NCBI GenBank assembly: GCA_964016885.1
Contig: OZ024741.1
Span: forward strand, 130,138,001-130,202,000
Direction: 5' to 3'
Length of the DNA: 64,000 nucleotides
DNA from: Eledone cirrhosa
Lineage: Eukaryota
Positions within the stretch are counted from its first letter, which is position 1; the number at the start of each line of letters is the position of its first letter. Under the pieces are notes generated by a model. The model was not told the DNA's origin. It searched no databases and was given only the letters and a program-made list of their open reading frames with translations. Positions 61,801 to 64,000 of the stretch are shown one piece after another. A program made the position numbers and the translations under genes.

Positions 61801-64000
61801 GTGGTGATTGTGATGGTGGTTGTGTTGGTAGTGATGTTGGTTGTGGTGGTAGTGATGGTGGTTGTGGTGGTAGTGATGGTGGTTGGTTGGTAGTGATGGT
61901 GGTTGTGGTGGTGTGATGGTGGTTGTGGTGGTGGTGATGGTGGTTGTGGTGGTAGTGATGGTGGTTGGGTTGGTAGTGATGGTGGTTGTGGTGGTAATGA
62001 TGGTGGTTGTGGTGATTGTGATGGTGGTTGGGTTGGTAGTGATGGTGGTTGTGGTGGTAGTGATGGTGGTTGTGGTGATTGTGATGGTGGTTGTGGTGGT
62101 AGTGATAGTGGTTGTGGTTGTATTAGTGATGGTTGTATTAGTGATGGTGGTTGTTGTGCTAGTAATGGTGGTTGTGGTGGTAGTGATGGTGGTTGTGGTG
62201 GTAGTGATGGTGCTTATGGTGGTAGTGGTGGTAGTGATGGTTGTTGTGGTGGTAGTGATGGTGGTTGTGGTGGTAGTGATGGTGGTTGTGGTGGTAGTAA
62301 TGGTGGTTGTGGTTTTCGTGGTAGCAATGGTGGTTGTGTTGGTAGTGATGATGGATGTGGTGATAGTGATGGTGGTTGTGGTGGTAGTGATGGTGGTTGT
62401 GTTGGTAGTGATGGTGGTTGTGTTGGTAGTGATGATGGATGTGGTGATAGTGATGGTGGTTGTGGTGGTAGTGATGGTGGTTGTGGTGGTAGTGATGGTG
62501 GTTGTGGTGGTAGTGATGGTGGTCGTGGTGATAGTGATGGTGCTTGCGGTGGTAGTGGTTGTAGTGATGGTTGTTGTGGTGGTAGTGATGGTGGTTGTGG
62601 TGGTAGTAATGGTGGTTGTGGTGGTAGTGATGGTGGTTGTGGTGGTAGTAATGGTGGTTGTAGTGGGAGTGATGGTGGTTGTGGTGGTAGTGATGGTGGT
62701 TGTGTTGGTAGGGATGGTGGTTGTGGTGGCAGTGATGGTGGTTGTGGTGGTAGTGATGGTGGTTGTGGTGTTAGTGATGGTGGTTGTGGTGGTAGTGATG
62801 GTGGTTGTGTTGATGGTGGTTGTGGTGGTAGTAATGTTAGTTGTGTTGGTAGTGATGGTGGCTGTGGTGGCAGTGATGGTGGTTGTGGTGGTAGTGATGG
62901 TGGCTGTGGTTGTAGTGATGGTGGTTGTGGTGATGGTGGTTGTGGTGGTGGTAATGGTGGATGCGGTGGTAGTGGTGGTAGTGATGGTGGTTGTGGTGGT
63001 AGGGATGTTGGTTGTGGTGGTAGTGATGTTTGTTGTGCTAGTGATGGTGGTTGTGTTTGTAGTGATGATGGTTGTGGTGGTTGTGGTGATTGTGATGGTG
63101 GTTGTGTTGGTAGTGATGGTGGTTGTGTTGGTAGTGATGGTGGTTGTGGTGGTAGTGAGTGTGGTTGTGGTGATTGTGATGGTGGTTGTGGTGGTAGTGA
63201 TGGTGTTTGTGGTGATGTGGTGGATGTGATGGTGGTTGTGGTGATGGTTGTTGTGGTGGTAGTGATGGTGTTTGTGGTGGTAGTGGTGGATGTGATGGTG
63301 GTTGTGGTGGTAGAGATGGTGGATGTAGTAGTACTGATGTTTGTTGTGGTAGTGATGGTGGTTGTATTGGTAGTGATGGTGGCAGTGGTAGTGATGGTGG
63401 TTGTGTTGGTAGTGATTGTGGTCGTGGTGGTAGTGATGTTGGTTGTGGTGGTAGTGATGGTGGTTGTGTTGGTAGTGATGGTGGTTGTGGTGGTAGTGGT
63501 TGTGGCGATGGTGGTTGTGGTGATGGTTGTTGTGGTGGTAGTGATGGTGGTTGTGGTGGTTGTGGTGGTGGTCGTGGTGATTGTGATGTTGGTTGTGGTG
63601 GTAGTGATGGTGGTTGTGGTGGTAGTGATGATGATTGTGGTGATGTGGTTATGGTGATGGTGGTGATGGTTGTTGTGTTGGTAGTGATGGTGGTTGTGGT
63701 GGTAGTTATGGTGGTTGTAGTGGTAGTGATGGTGGTTGTGGTGGCAGTGATGGTGGTTGTGGTGGTAGTGATGGTGGTTATGGTGGTAGTAATGGTGGTT
63801 GTGGTGGTAGTGATGGTGGTTGTGGTGGTAGTGATGGTGGTTGGTTGTGGTGGTAGTGATGGTGGTTGTGGTGATAGTGATGGTGCTTGTGGTGGTAGTG
63901 ATGGTGGTTGTGGTGGTTGTGATGGTGGTTGTGGTGGTAGTGATGGTGGTTGTGGTGGTAGTGATGGTGGTGTTGTGGTAGTAATGGTGGTTGTGGTGGT
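55320..64000. repeat. (GGT)-derived satellite, ~21-bp unit GGTGGTTGTGGTGGTAGTGAT, with kb-scale higher-order duplications
   Basis: Visible periodicity; rare variants recur at offsets of ~3.6-3.8 kb; runs off the window end. Confidence 0.95.

Noticed and set aside
55716-63657. Long GGCGGSD (keratin-associated-like) and poly-Val ORFs
   Set aside because: Products of a stop-poor satellite; frames switch repeatedly, and no signal peptide or unique domain is visible

Overview
This is AT-rich eukaryotic (animal) repeat DNA with no recognisable host gene. The SINE and microsatellite content suggests a mollusc or cephalopod such as Octopus, but that is an inference from recalled repeats. The window is almost entirely microsatellite-targeted retroelements in three zones. 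(1) 1-9 kb and 48.5-55 kb: (TA)n tracts filled with Penelope-like elements (PLEs). These include a decayed Hydra-type PLE (3264-7228), a Neptune-type PLE with an open RT+GIY-YIG ORF (50228-53933), and many short inverted pseudo-LTR remnants carrying hammerhead ribozyme motifs. (2) 13.6-48.3 kb: an (ATT)n/(TAA)n array. R4/Dong-type restriction-like-endonuclease (RLE) LINEs all lie on the minus strand, including one intact 1130-aa copy, fragments and two 143-bp mini-elements. Tx1/L1-type LINEs all lie on the plus strand. (3) (GGT)-based satellites at 10.6-12.8 kb and 55.3-64 kb. Most interesting signals: a candidate 52-nt intron that would fuse Tx1 ORF1 to ORF2 in frame; a conserved +1 break inside Tx1 ORF1; a candidate intron in the Dong 5' leader; fold-back palindromes centred in a hammerhead helix II; and a CAGAAGA hammerhead variant.
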